Positions 41,549 to 54,297 of a stretch of DNA of 64,000 nt are shown piece by piece. A program made the position numbers and the translations under genes. Source of the stretch: Acholeplasmataceae bacterium (GTDB lineage: Bacteria; Bacillota_I; Bacilli_A; Acholeplasmatales; Acholeplasmataceae); assembly GCA_036758425.1 (NCBI GenBank), contig DAIOWP010000001.1:513-64512 (forward strand), given 5' to 3'. Position 1 is the first letter of the stretch. Each line of letters opens with the position of its first letter. The notes below the pieces were generated by a model, which was given only the letters and a program-made list of their open reading frames with translations, was not told where the DNA came from and searched no databases.

Positions 41549-43667
41549 AAATGCGCTCCAAGGCTTCTTTGATTTTGTTTTGCATATTACCTTCTGAAAC
41601 GATGATGTCAGATAATTGCTTAAATCTTAGGATATAATCATATGTTTCTTGATCGATCGTCGCATCCATAGGAAAGATCTTTAAAGGATTTCTCATCGAA
41701 TAGAAATAATCATCTGTCACAACATCCATCAAACGATTATCTAAAGCAAATGTTTTTTCTATCGATAGTCCATGAACACCAAAATAGGGATCTTCGCCAA
41801 CGGGTAGATTGAAGAGTTCGATAATCGTTCGGTAAAGGTCAACTTGACTTCTTACCAATGTTTGCTCACCTGTAAGCAGTCCTTTACGAATTGAGAAACC
41901 TTCGTAGTCAACCATTTCATCACCCGGTACATAGATCCATGCTGGAACTTGTTGTAACATCTTTCTTGTTTCAATGACCGAAATATCGCGGTCCATGATG
42001 ATGTTTAAATCACCATTTTTAATCCCTGAACCGTGATCGCTATAAAAGACATAGACGCTATTTTCGAGCGTTTGATCAACACCTGTTTCACTGATGAAAA
42101 AGCGTTTAATGACATCATTGACATAGTCAACATAGTTGATATAGTTTAAGGTAACATGACTGATTTGACGTGAAATCTCAGGGTAAACATCATAACGGAT
42201 GCCATTAGGATCAAACTCATAGGGGGTATGAGGCATCATGGTGATGGGGAAAAGCATGACTTTATCGTAGGTGCGAGCAAGTGATGCGCCATGGGTTGCT
42301 GTAAAGTCAGCCAAATGATAATCTGAGATCCATGGTGAATGGTGAACCTTTTGGTTAACCGTATCATACATATAACCGTCTTCGACGACATAACCTCTTT
42401 CAATGAATTCTTCCAGTGAATAAAAACGACTAAATCCATACATTTCTGGATAAATTAAATCACGATTATAGAATGTTTCTTTATCACCATGAATCGCTTC
42501 TGAATAATAACCTGCTTGATTCATATATCCCACTAATGAATCAAGATCGTAAGGGTCATCATTATATTCCCAATAAAGTGTTCGATCACCCATGGGATAT
42601 AGACCTGTCATCACAGCAAGCTCACCATCTGAGCTGACACCCATGCCGACATTGTTATAAAAATTGGAGAAGTAAAAGCTTTGTTCGATGAGTGCTTGAA
42701 CAAAGGGCATGCGAACAGATGTTAATTCTGATTCGAGCAGGAATGTATTGAGTGACTCAAGATGAATCAATACCATATTTTTGCCTTCTAGTAGTCCATG
42801 TAGATCATCACCTTGTGCAATCGATGGATCAATGGTCAGTGAAGATACTGCTTGACTTAATGAAAGACGGTTTGAATAGGTTTGTCCATCAAAGAAGTTT
42901 TCATAACTCGGTTGATTCTTGTTGTAGACTTGATATGCAGATGCAAGTTTTTCATCTGTGGTTAGTTCAAGAAAAGAAACAAGGTCTAGATCGAATGGTT
43001 GTCCAATGAGTTCACCCACATAGTAAGGATACACACCTAGATTTTGAATCGCGAATGTACTCTTGACGGCATTTAGTGGTAGGGTAAGTTTATACTGTTC
43101 ATAATACGAGAAGACTGCAGTAAATAGTGTCATAATCACGAGAAGAACGCTCGATAAATACTTTTGAATGGTCACTTTGAAATACATCGTTTTCAGTTGC
43201 TGACGATCTGAAAGTAAATAGATCACAAGAAGTGCAATAAATGGTAGAAAAACGAGGATACGATAATAGGTAATCAGTTCCAACATGGCTTGTAAGAATG
43301 TTCCTAACGCGAATCCATCGGCTGGATTTCTAAAAATGGTGCTTGCTGGAATGGAAAACGCTGTACCAAAGAACATGTTAAACACACCCATCCAAAAAAT
43401 CCAAAAATTGAGGATAAACGTGATGACCATCAAAAAAATCATACGTCCTTTAGCCTTTTTAATCCAAATAAAACCAATCAGCATAAAAATAAAAAGAATT
43501 GAAAAATTACCCAAAAAGGCATTCAATTCTCCTAAAAATGTATGATGAAATGGTGCGATATATCGATTGAGTTCTTGAACGGTTAACCAATATGTATTCG
43601 CGATATTGAGGATAAAAAACAAGCCTAAAAACAAAAAGTAGACGGACCATTGATTCAGATGTTTCAT
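41541..43667 (-). CDS. ltaS: LTA synthase family protein (polyglycerol-phosphate transferase, sulfatase fold)
   Basis: Five N-terminal TM helices are followed by an extracellular sulfatase-like domain (VLIHLESL...YSDHG). The ATG at 43667 is preceded by AAGGGGGA. Confidence 0.85.
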   Translation of the reverse strand: MKHLNQWSVYFLFLGLFFILNIANTYWLTVQELNRYIAPFHHTFLGELNAFLGNFSILFIFMLIGFIWIKKAKGRMIFLMVITFILNFWIFWMGVFNMFFGTAFSIPASTIFRNPADGFALGTFLQAMLELITYYRILVFLPFIALLVIYLLSDRQQLKTMYFKVTIQKYLSSVLLVIMTLFTAVFSYYEQYKLTLPLNAVKSTFAIQNLGVYPYYVGELIGQPFDLDLVSFLELTTDEKLASAYQVYNKNQPSYENFFDGQTYSNRLSLSQAVSSLTIDPSIAQGDDLHGLLEGKNMVLIHLESLNTFLLESELTSVRMPFVQALIEQSFYFSNFYNNVGMGVSSDGELAVMTGLYPMGDRTLYWEYNDDPYDLDSLVGYMNQAGYYSEAIHGDKETFYNRDLIYPEMYGFSRFYSLEEFIERGYVVEDGYMYDTVNQKVHHSPWISDYHLADFTATHGASLARTYDKVMLFPITMMPHTPYEFDPNGIRYDVYPEISRQISHVTLNYINYVDYVNDVIKRFFISETGVDQTLENSVYVFYSDHGSGIKNGDLNIIMDRDISVIETRKMLQQVPAWIYVPGDEMVDYEGFSIRKGLLTGEQTLVRSQVDLYRTIIELFNLPVGEDPYFGVHGLSIEKTFALDNRLMDVVTDDYFYSMRNPLKIFPMDATIDQETYDYILRFKQLSDIIVSEGNMQNKIKEALERIYG

Positions 43668-43838
43668 GCCTGTTCCCCCTTTCGCCGGATATTCCATATT
43701 ATAACCCATTTTACATCAAGATGCATGGATTATGGATGAATATGTGTGTGCGAGACACACTCGGCTCAGGCATGAAAAGAACCTGGATCCTTCTACTTTA
43801 TATCCCCCCGTACAGCTCATCCATCCATTTGCATAATA

Positions 43839-43847
43839 TGTTATAAT
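43839..43847 (+). promoter_or_regulatory. Extended -10 element (TGtTATAAT) that could drive the regulator gene
   Basis: TG at 43839-43840 and TATAAT at 43842-43847. There is no good -35. It would give a ~230-nt leader. Confidence 0.35.
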
Positions 43848-43882
43848 AGATGAATGAGGCTGCCCCCCCTGGATAGACGATG

Positions 43883-44008
43883 TCAAGACGATGGATGGTC
43901 AAATGGATGAGGGTATACCGTGACGATAAAGAGTTCCGGTTCACCACACATCCAGAAGCCATCGTGAACATCGATGATCGATGTCACTTCCCCCGCTTCA
44001 TCATGCAT
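43883..44008 (-). CDS. Candidate 41-aa small ORF divergent from the RRNPP-like regulator
   Basis: The ATG at 44008 lies 5 nt after GGAAGGTGA. The peptide is MHDEAGEVTSIIDVHDGFWMCGEPELFIVTVYPHPFDHPSS. It has no signal peptide and coding status is unproven. Confidence 0.3.
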   Translation of the reverse strand: MHDEAGEVTSIIDVHDGFWMCGEPELFIVTVYPHPFDHPSS

Positions 44009-44084
44009 GTCAATCACCTTCCTGTTTATAGGATAGCGTGATGTTAAGTTGTTGTGTAGGGCAAAAATGTCCCATTGGAGGTTA

Positions 44085-45026
44085 ATGATGGATATCACGT
44101 ATTCTCAAGAGCTTGCACGCTATTTTGATCGCTTAAGATTTGAGCAAAATATGACACAAGAAGCGCTAGTTGAGGGTATTATTTCCCTTCGTCAATTTCG
44201 TCGCTATCTCAATGGTACAAGCTATCTTCCACAAGAAGTCATCAATCTTTTTTCTGAACGATTAGGTTATCGAACAGCGATTTTAATGCTTGAATTTGAA
44301 GCCGAAAAAATCAAAGAAGCACGAACAATTATCGATTTTTATAATTATGTTGCGAATCGCGATCATCTTTCTGCACAACAATTTATGAAAAATTATCCTA
44401 TTGAAAAAGTTCGAGATGAAGGAACGAAAATCCTTTATCAAAATGCTGTCGATCACTTAGAACTACAAACAGGAAAGATTACAGAAGATGTGTATCTCAA
44501 ACGTACGTTAGAACTTATCGGTTATCCTGAAATCATGAAAAGAAAGGTGTTGACAACCTTTGAAATCACCATATTATCTTCTCTTGTTAATATCTCTGGT
44601 TTTGCTGAACAAAAGGTGATTGCTGATAGACTACTGCTGATGGCGGATAATCCTACCTTAATTTACTCGGGTCAAAATGAAAAAATGCTGACCTATGTTT
44701 TGCAGCGTCTTGGTCAGTATTATGGTAGACATAAAGAATATCATAAAGTCCTCGAGACCTGTGATAAAGCAATTAAGTATAATCTCGAATGGAAGATCTT
44801 TTATTTGCTTGATTTCATCTACTATTTTAAAGCTCTTGCTCATTACTATTTGGGTGAACACGAAGACTATGAAAAGGCACTTTTCCAGTGTTATTGCATG
44901 TTACAAACCGAAGGATCTGCCTTACGTTATGAGCGTTTTAGAAAACTTGTTGAATCGGACTGGCCAATCAACTTTCATGAATTTGCCAAACAGTATATTG
45001 AAAAGAACAATCTTAAGGGATCTTAA
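44085..45026 (+). CDS. XRE-HTH plus TPR-like repeat transcription regulator (Rgg/PlcR, RRNPP-like)
   Basis: The N-terminal HTH is MTQEALVEGIISLRQFRRYLNG. The C-terminal ~240 aa is helical-repeat region (YGRHKEYHKVLETCDKAIKY, ALAHYYLGEHEDYEKAL). GGAGG lies 3-6 nt before the ATG ATG. Confidence 0.7.
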   Translation: MMDITYSQELARYFDRLRFEQNMTQEALVEGIISLRQFRRYLNGTSYLPQEVINLFSERLGYRTAILMLEFEAEKIKEARTIIDFYNYVANRDHLSAQQFMKNYPIEKVRDEGTKILYQNAVDHLELQTGKITEDVYLKRTLELIGYPEIMKRKVLTTFEITILSSLVNISGFAEQKVIADRLLLMADNPTLIYSGQNEKMLTYVLQRLGQYYGRHKEYHKVLETCDKAIKYNLEWKIFYLLDFIYYFKALAHYYLGEHEDYEKALFQCYCMLQTEGSALRYERFRKLVESDWPINFHEFAKQYIEKNNLKGS

Positions 45027-45044
45027 ATGATCCTTTTTTTGATG

Positions 45045-45075
45045 AAAAAAGCACACCCATTTTGGATGTGCTTTG
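45045..45075. terminator. Bidirectional terminator between the regulator gene and gyrA
   Basis: AGCACA(C)CC-ATTTT-GG(A)TGTGCT stem is flanked by A6 and T3. Confidence 0.65.
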
Positions 45076-45079
45076 CAAA

Positions 45080-47698
45080 TTATTCTTCATCGAAAAGTGA
45101 ATCGGTTGTGACTTTTTCTTCGGTTTCTTCCTCAACTTCATCAGGTGCTAAATCGATGGCTTCAATGACTTTTTTAGGTTCAGAAACCACCAGGGATTCC
45201 TGAATAAATGCTTGCTCTTCAACGATGTCTTCATCGATTTCTTCTTGGCGTGGAACCAGTGCAATCGTTGAGACTTTATGGTCGGGACGTAAGCGAATAA
45301 TTCTCACACCTTGTGTTGCGCGTTTGGTCTGTGAAATCTGATCCACATGGGTTCTCATCACAACACCTTTATCGGAAACGACAATTAAATCTTGATCATC
45401 ATTCACGGTACGAAGCGTTGAAAGTCTACCGTTCTTTTGAGTGACATTCAGTGTCTTCACACCTTTACCACCACGAATTTGCTTACGATATTCTTCAACG
45501 ATTGTTCGCTTACCAAAGCCATTTTCCGTAATGACAAGAATTTCTTGTTGATCGTGATCGATAATGGCAACACCGACAACTTCATCGTTAGGACCTAAAT
45601 CCATTCCGCGAACACCCGATGTTGTGCGACCCATCGCACGTGCATCATTTTCATCAAAACGAATCGCTTTACCGTTGGATGCTCCAAGGATAATTTCTTT
45701 CTTACCATCGGTTAATGCAACGTTCAAAAGTTCATCGTCTTCACGTAAATTAATCGCGTTAATACCGTTGGTTCTGATGTTTGCATACTCGTTAATTGGA
45801 GTACGTTTGATGACACCTTTTTTCGTCACGAACGTTAAGAATGCATCTCCTGCTTCAAAGTCTTTCACGTTGGTAAAGGATGCAAGTTTCTCATCTTTTT
45901 GGAACTCTAACAAGTTGACAATCGGTAATCCCTTTGACTGTCTTGATCCTTCTGGAATCTTATATCCTTTGATCTTATAGACGCGACCTTTATTGGTAAA
46001 GAAGAGATGATAGTCATGGGTTGATGTCATCAAGATATGTTCAACATAATCGTCTTCATGAACTTTGATACCAGACATACCTACACCACCACGATTTTGT
46101 GTCTTGTAGTGGTCGACATTCATACGCTTGATATACCCGTTATTAGTCACAGTAATAATCACATCTTCAACAGGGATCAATGATTCATCTTCAATGCTTA
46201 AATCTTCATGTAAATTGATTTCTGTAACACGTGCATCTGCATAATTAACTTTGATTTCAAGGAGCTCTTGACGGATGATTTGAAGCTTACGTTCATGGCT
46301 TTCAATGATGCCTTTATAATCTTTAATCTTGATGGTTAATTCGCCAAGTTCGTTTTCAATCTTTTCAATTTCTAAACCTGTCAATCGTTGAAGTCTCATA
46401 TCCAGAATCGCACGTGCTTGGATGTCTGTTAATTGATAGGTTGCAACCAGCGCATCTTTCGCTTCATCACCGGTCTTCGATGCTTTAATGAGTTCAATCG
46501 CGTGATCGACATCATGAAGTGCTGTGACCAGACCTTCTAAGATATGTTGTCTTGCTTCTGCTTTTTCGAGATCATACACAGTGCGACGTTGAATCACTTC
46601 AATCTGATGATCCAAATAGTGCTTGAGTAAATCTCTTAAGGTCACCATTTGAGGTTGACCCTTCACCAAACAAATCATGTTAAATCCAAAGGATTGTTGG
46701 AGTTGGGTATGCTTGTAGAGGTTATTGAGCATCACATGAGGATTGACATCGCGTTTAAGTTCAATGACAATACGCATGCCCTTACGATTCGATTCATCGC
46801 GTAAATCCGTGATGCCTTCAACGATTTTTTCTTTTGCAATGTCTGCAATGCGTTCAATCAATGTTGTCTTATTGACTGCATAAGGAATCGCAGTGACAAT
46901 AATCGCTTGTTTATTCTTATGAGTGACGATTTCAGCAGTTGCACGATTTGCAATAATACCTCTACCTGTCTCATACGCCATTCTTAAACCCGATAAACCG
47001 AGGATTTGACCTCCAGTAGGAAAGTCAGGTCCCTTGATATATTGCATGAGTTCTAAGACGCTAATTTGATCGTTATCCATGTATGCAAGCAACCCATCGA
47101 TCACTTCACCTAAATTGTGTGGTGGGATATTGGTTGCCATCCCTACAGCAATCCCTGTTGACCCATTGACGAGTAAATTAGGATAGCGTGAAGGTAGTAC
47201 CGATGGCTCATGTTCTGATCCATCATAGTTGTCGACATAATCGACCGTATTCTTTTCTAAATCACGGACGAGTTCACCTGCAATTTTTGACATTCTAGCT
47301 TCGGTGTAACGCATCGCTGCGGCACCATCGCCATCGACGGATCCGAAGTTCCCGTGTCCATCGATTAATGGCATACGATAGTTGAAGGGTTGTGCCATAC
47401 GAACCATGGCATCATAGACGGATGAGTCACCATGGGGATGGTATTTACCGATGACTTCACCGACGATTCTCGCTGATTTCTTATGGGCTTTATCTGCGGT
47501 CATACCTAAATCGTTCATCGCATATAAAATACGACGTTGAACGGGTTTAAGTCCATCGCGAATATCAGGAAGTGCACGTGATACAATAACACTCATCGCA
47601 TAGTTTAAGAAGGAGGTCTTCATCTCATTCGAGATATTGATCTCTTTCACATAACCTTCAGTTGTTTTGCTGGTTTCGTTATTTAATGTTTGGTTCAT
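45080..47698 (-). CDS. gyrA: DNA gyrase subunit A
   Basis: 872 aa with [10 protein letters not shown], the active-site AAAMRYTE, beta-pinwheel CTD repeats and an acidic tail. Confidence 0.97.
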   Translation of the reverse strand: MNQTLNNETSKTTEGYVKEINISNEMKTSFLNYAMSVIVSRALPDIRDGLKPVQRRILYAMNDLGMTADKAHKKSARIVGEVIGKYHPHGDSSVYDAMVRMAQPFNYRMPLIDGHGNFGSVDGDGAAAMRYTEARMSKIAGELVRDLEKNTVDYVDNYDGSEHEPSVLPSRYPNLLVNGSTGIAVGMATNIPPHNLGEVIDGLLAYMDNDQISVLELMQYIKGPDFPTGGQILGLSGLRMAYETGRGIIANRATAEIVTHKNKQAIIVTAIPYAVNKTTLIERIADIAKEKIVEGITDLRDESNRKGMRIVIELKRDVNPHVMLNNLYKHTQLQQSFGFNMICLVKGQPQMVTLRDLLKHYLDHQIEVIQRRTVYDLEKAEARQHILEGLVTALHDVDHAIELIKASKTGDEAKDALVATYQLTDIQARAILDMRLQRLTGLEIEKIENELGELTIKIKDYKGIIESHERKLQIIRQELLEIKVNYADARVTEINLHEDLSIEDESLIPVEDVIITVTNNGYIKRMNVDHYKTQNRGGVGMSGIKVHEDDYVEHILMTSTHDYHLFFTNKGRVYKIKGYKIPEGSRQSKGLPIVNLLEFQKDEKLASFTNVKDFEAGDAFLTFVTKKGVIKRTPINEYANIRTNGINAINLREDDELLNVALTDGKKEIILGASNGKAIRFDENDARAMGRTTSGVRGMDLGPNDEVVGVAIIDHDQQEILVITENGFGKRTIVEEYRKQIRGGKGVKTLNVTQKNGRLSTLRTVNDDQDLIVVSDKGVVMRTHVDQISQTKRATQGVRIIRLRPDHKVSTIALVPRQEEIDEDIVEEQAFIQESLVVSEPKKVIEAIDLAPDEVEEETEEKVTTDSLFDEE

Positions 47699-47710
47699 GT
47701 GACATCCTTC

Positions 47711-50616
<2,906 letters not shown>

Positions 50617-50639
<23 letters not shown>

Positions 50640-50844
50640 TGACGATCACATACTCTTTATGTTCAACCATGATACGATCACCTGGATATAATTTTTTACC
50701 ACGTTCTGTTCTTTTTTCTTGGTTGACCAAAACATCGTTTTCTAATAAAAAAAACTTGGCTTCCCCACCTGAACCAATGTGATCAGTCGCTTTCAATAAT
50801 TGTCCTAATGTGATGTATTCGGTTGTAATTCTAAACTTTTTCAT
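50617..50844 (-). CDS. yaaA: S4-domain RNA-binding protein YaaA
   Basis: 75 aa lying between dnaN and recF, as in Bacillus. It shows an S4-like pattern (ITLGQLLK...VLVNQEKRTERGKKLYPGD). Confidence 0.85.
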
Positions 50845-50993
50845 TCATTTCCCTCTGCTATCCTTTTATATTATATCATAATATAAGCAAAAATACATCC
50901 TTTTTCTACTTTTTTATACACATTCAATCCTGACTGCGTCTCAGTTTCTAAAATGCGCTTAAAACGGAAATTTCAACGTTTTTTGAAATCGAT

Positions 50994-51018
50994 AAAAAAA
51001 GAGCCACCGAAGTAGCTC
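50994..51018 (-). terminator. Rho-independent terminator after dnaN
   Basis: The minus strand reads GAGCTAC-TTCG-GTGGCTC followed by T7. Confidence 0.75.
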
Positions 51019-51039
51019 TCATTGAAATTATGTCTATGT

Positions 51040-52170
51040 TTAGTCGATACGAACAGGTAAAATCAGGTGTAACAGATCAGCATCTAAGTTTCCTTTAATG
51101 ACAAAAGGTTTGACTTCCCCAGCAAATTGAACAAGGATTTCAGATGAACTAAATGATTTCAAAGCTTCAACTAAATAACGAGAAGAGAATGCAATCTTAA
51201 TCACTGGACCTGTCACATCAGATGAAGGAATGATTTCTTCTAGAGCATCCCCAACTTCATTGTTGGTTGAACTGATTTCAACAACACGGTCAGGTCTTAA
51301 ACTCATCTTGATGATGTTATAATTGGTTTCACGATCTCTTGGTGATAAGAGTGATACACGTTCAACAGCAGCAAGTAATTCTTCTTTGTTAAAAGGGATA
51401 ACCACAGGGAATTCAATAGGAATGATTCTCATGGTATCAGGATAGGTTCCTTCAAGCAAACGTGTTTGGAATAAAATCTTATTCATCTTAAATAAGACTT
51501 TATTGGGATTAATGAAAAGTTCAACATCTTCATTGTAGGTATCTAAGATCTTAGAAAGTTCATCCAAACTCTTATTTGGAATGACGATATCAAATTGCTT
51601 GCTATGTGTTCTAAGTTTCACATTTTTTTGTGATAATCGATAAGAGTCTGTTGCTACACAGTAAAGATGATTATCTAAATACTTAAAGTTAACACCGGTT
51701 AAGATAGGACGTTTTTCTGAAGTTGCTGTTGCATAATTGGTTTCTTTAATGATGCCTCGAATTAATTGACTGTCTAATACGATAGGATCATCTAAATCAA
51801 GGAAATCAATTTCAGGATAATCTTCAACATCCATCAAACGTAATTTGAATTCTGAACGGTCAGCTTTAATGACAATCAGTTTATCTTCAATCAATGCGAA
51901 TTCAACGCGTTGAGAAACAATCTTTCGAATGATTTCAATGAGATACTTCCCAGGTATAGCAACTTTACCACCTTGCTTAATAGAAAGTGAATGATCATCG
52001 ATGAGCACTTGGATCGCAACATCGGTATTGCTTGTTGTCAGTAAAATATGATCTTCATTGACTTCAAACTTGACGGCATAAAGAATGGGAAGAGGCGTCT
52101 TAGAAGGAAGACCTTTTTGGACGATAAGTAGTTGGTTGAGTAATACGTCACGATCGACACTAAAAATCAT
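51040..52170 (-). CDS. dnaN: DNA polymerase III beta sliding clamp
   Basis: 376 aa, directly downstream of dnaA, with a three-domain clamp pattern. Confidence 0.95.
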   Translation of the reverse strand: MIFSVDRDVLLNQLLIVQKGLPSKTPLPILYAVKFEVNEDHILLTTSNTDVAIQVLIDDHSLSIKQGGKVAIPGKYLIEIIRKIVSQRVEFALIEDKLIVIKADRSEFKLRLMDVEDYPEIDFLDLDDPIVLDSQLIRGIIKETNYATATSEKRPILTGVNFKYLDNHLYCVATDSYRLSQKNVKLRTHSKQFDIVIPNKSLDELSKILDTYNEDVELFINPNKVLFKMNKILFQTRLLEGTYPDTMRIIPIEFPVVIPFNKEELLAAVERVSLLSPRDRETNYNIIKMSLRPDRVVEISSTNNEVGDALEEIIPSSDVTGPVIKIAFSSRYLVEALKSFSSSEILVQFAGEVKPFVIKGNLDADLLHLILPVRID

Positions 52171-52231
52171 ATGCGTGCTCCTTTATTTTCTTATTTCAAT
52201 CTTTTAATTATTGTTGTTACAAATGTGGGTT

Positions 52232-52287
52232 TGTGGATAAATCGATTGATGGCTCTATATCGTATTTATTATACCACATTTTCCACA
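52232..52287. promoter_or_regulatory. DnaA boxes in the dnaA-dnaN spacer (oriC part II, with an adjacent AT-rich candidate unwinding stretch)
   Basis: TGTGGATAA at 52232-52240 is the perfect consensus complement and TTTTCCACA lies at 52279-52287. An AT-rich run spans 52180-52222. Confidence 0.7.
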
Positions 52288-52299
52288 TATTATAAACGC

Positions 52300-53664
52300 T
52301 TATTTTTTGTTAAATGCGTCAATCTTTTTTGTAATCGTATCGACAGCGATGCGTAATGCTGTATCTTGTTTTAAATCATTTTCAATCTTTTCACATGCAG
52401 CTAAGACGGTTGAATGGTCGCGATCACCAAAGAGAGAACCTATTGTTTTATAGGGAATATTGTAACGAAGTTTGATCAGATACATCGCGATATGACGCGG
52501 TAAAATGTATTTTGAATGTCTTTTCTTTCCAATTAAATCTTCTAATGTGATGCCATAGAAATCACTCACAATTGATTGAATGCGATCATAATTGTTTTCG
52601 TTTAAAGAATCGCTCTTGCGTTTGGTCTTAAGGAGCGGTTCTAAAGCCTCATTCACTGTTTCAATCGTCATGTCAAGATTATTGGTTAAACAATAGAACA
52701 AGACACGTTTGAGGGCTCCTTCAAGCTCACGGATGTTTGTAACAAACGATGATGCGATGAATTCTAAGACATTTCCTGGAATATCATGGATGTCAGACGA
52801 TTCAGATGCAAGTTTTCGTTTTAAAATCTCAATACGATGTTCGAGATCTGGGACTTGAATATCGACAGTTAATCCTACTTCAAAACGTGAAGTCAAACGT
52901 GTCATGATATTTTTAAGCTCAGATGCAGGTTTATCACTGGTGATCACAATTTGCTTATTGGCTTGATAGAGATAGTCGAATAATTTGAAGAATTCCATCT
53001 GCGTCTTTGTCGCACCACCCATGATTTGGATATCGTCGACAAGCAAAATATCAATTTCTCGGTACTTCGCATTGAAATCTTCCATTTTTTCTTTTTTTAA
53101 TAGATTCGCGAAATCTTCGATAAAGCCATCTGCTTTCACATAAAGAACTTTCTTATTGATGTCTTGATCTAAAATGTAGTTACCAATCGCTTGCATTAAG
53201 TGCGTTTTACCTAGTCCTACATCACCAAAGATGTAAAGAGGGTTAGCAACAGCACCAGGTTGGTCAGCAACTTTCATCGCCATACGGAAGGCAAACATAT
53301 TGGATTTACCCACAACAAAGTTGTCAAACGTATAAGTTGCATTCAAGTTACCTGGACGGTATTTTAAACTTAGATTGCGTTCAGGACTCACCAAGGTTTC
53401 TTCGGGGATCAGTTCTTGAGCGGTCACAAATTTAAAACGGATCGGTGCTTGGTTGTATTTTTGAGCAAGCGCATTGATTTTACCGAGATAAAGACGGTTA
53501 ATGCGATTTTTAATAAATTCACTTGGGACTAAAACATAAACGTGATCGTTTGCGTACTTATGGGTAGACTTCAAAGGTTCAAAGACTTCCTGAAAAATGT
53601 CTTCGCTAAATGTCGTCTCAAGTTCATTCAAAATGCGCTGCCACAGCAGGTCGTAAGTGTTCAT
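52300..53664 (-). CDS. dnaA: Chromosomal replication initiator DnaA
   Basis: 454 aa with the AAA+ motif GDVGLGKTHL, LLVDDIQ and the domain IV motif GDRDHSTV. Confidence 0.97.
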   Translation of the reverse strand: MNTYDLLWQRILNELETTFSEDIFQEVFEPLKSTHKYANDHVYVLVPSEFIKNRINRLYLGKINALAQKYNQAPIRFKFVTAQELIPEETLVSPERNLSLKYRPGNLNATYTFDNFVVGKSNMFAFRMAMKVADQPGAVANPLYIFGDVGLGKTHLMQAIGNYILDQDINKKVLYVKADGFIEDFANLLKKEKMEDFNAKYREIDILLVDDIQIMGGATKTQMEFFKLFDYLYQANKQIVITSDKPASELKNIMTRLTSRFEVGLTVDIQVPDLEHRIEILKRKLASESSDIHDIPGNVLEFIASSFVTNIRELEGALKRVLFYCLTNNLDMTIETVNEALEPLLKTKRKSDSLNENNYDRIQSIVSDFYGITLEDLIGKKRHSKYILPRHIAMYLIKLRYNIPYKTIGSLFGDRDHSTVLAACEKIENDLKQDTALRIAVDTITKKIDAFNKK

Positions 53665-53728
53665 ATAAAAACCCCTTATTTCATCGTATCAATAGGATAT
53701 CATACTTACAAAAAAACGAGCGAAAAAG

Positions 53729-53882
53729 ATATCCACAGTTTTTGTGGAAAACCAAAGAAGGAAGTGTGTGGACAAGTGGAAATCATGTGGAAAACTCGCC
53801 ATATCTTACGTCTTTATTAAGCCATCAGTCGATTTTGCCCAGTTATCCACAAACCCACAAAAAAGTGGTTAAGTTATCCACA
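53729..53882. promoter_or_regulatory. Cluster of at least six DnaA boxes upstream of dnaA (oriC part I)
   Basis: ATATCCACA at 53729, TGTGGAAAA at 53743, TGTGGACAA at 53767, TGTGGAAAA at 53786, and TTATCCACA at 53843 and 53874. Confidence 0.85.
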
Positions 53883-53995
53883 TCATAAGATCAAATCAGA
53901 TGATGGAAAAACGATGAAAAAACAAACAATTTTCTTACTTCTCAAAAAACTAGGAAGACACATCTTCAAAAGCATAAAAAAAGCATCGTTTATGG

Positions 53996-54024
53996 TTGAC
54001 AAACCAGGGGTCTTTATATATAAT
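53996..54024 (+). promoter_or_regulatory. Consensus sigma-A promoter of rpmH
   Basis: TTGACA (53996-54001), a 17-nt spacer, then TATAAT (54019-54024). Confidence 0.7.
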
Positions 54025-54061
54025 GAAAAGGCATGGTTTCGCAAGAAAGGTGGTTTTATTT

Positions 54062-54196
54062 GTGAAAAGAACATATCAACCAAGTAAGCTAAAACGCGTT
54101 AAGACCCATGGCTTTAGAGCGAGAATGGCTACTGCTAATGGTCGTCAAGTGTTAGCTCGTCGCAGATTGAAAGGCCGCGCAGCATTAACTGTTTAA
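54062..54196 (+). CDS. rpmH: 50S ribosomal protein L34
   Basis: A GTG start at 54062 follows AAAGGTGG. The product is the 44-aa [44 protein letters not shown] (initiator Met). Confidence 0.95.
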   Translation: MKRTYQPSKLKRVKTHGFRARMATANGRQVLARRRLKGRAALTV

Positions 54197-54297
54197 ATTG
54201 AATCTTTATTTTAAAAATACTTGGATTACTCGTTTAAAATAATAACACACGTTATTTTTTTGGGTAATCCTTTCTTTTTTAAAATACTTGAAAACCG

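Noticed and set aside
44009-44098. N-terminal 30 codons of track ORF 43883-44098(-)
   Set aside because: This part would overlap the regulator's SD and start codon and lacks an SD. Only the internal ATG at 44008 has one, so only the 41-codon version was kept, and that at low confidence.
44695-45030. Track ORF 44695-45030(+) in an alternative frame of the regulator gene
   Set aside because: It is on the same strand and fully nested in the 3' part of the better-supported HTH/TPR ORF.
52171-52356. Track ORF 52171-52356(+) in the dnaA-dnaN spacer
   Set aside because: It lies across the AT-rich origin spacer and DnaA boxes and overlaps the dnaA 3' end antisense. It has no SD.
53996-54061. Upstream 22 codons of the track ORF containing rpmH
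   Set aside because: The long ORF starts inside the rpmH -35 hexamer. L34 is a conserved 44-aa protein, and the in-frame GTG at 54062 has a proper AAAGGTGG SD.
53542-54083. Track ORFs 53542-53820(+), 53610-53888(+) and 53883-54083(-)
   Set aside because: They span the dnaA 5' end, the DnaA-box cluster and the rpmH promoter. The region is better explained as oriC and promoter DNA.
54223-54280. Nested hairpins (GGATTAC...GTAATCC; AATAAC-ACAC-GTTATT) plus T-runs between rpmH and rnpA
   Set aside because: This may be a partial terminator or processing site. The stems are short or AT-only, and rpmH-rnpA read-through is normal. I see nothing that demands a novel element.
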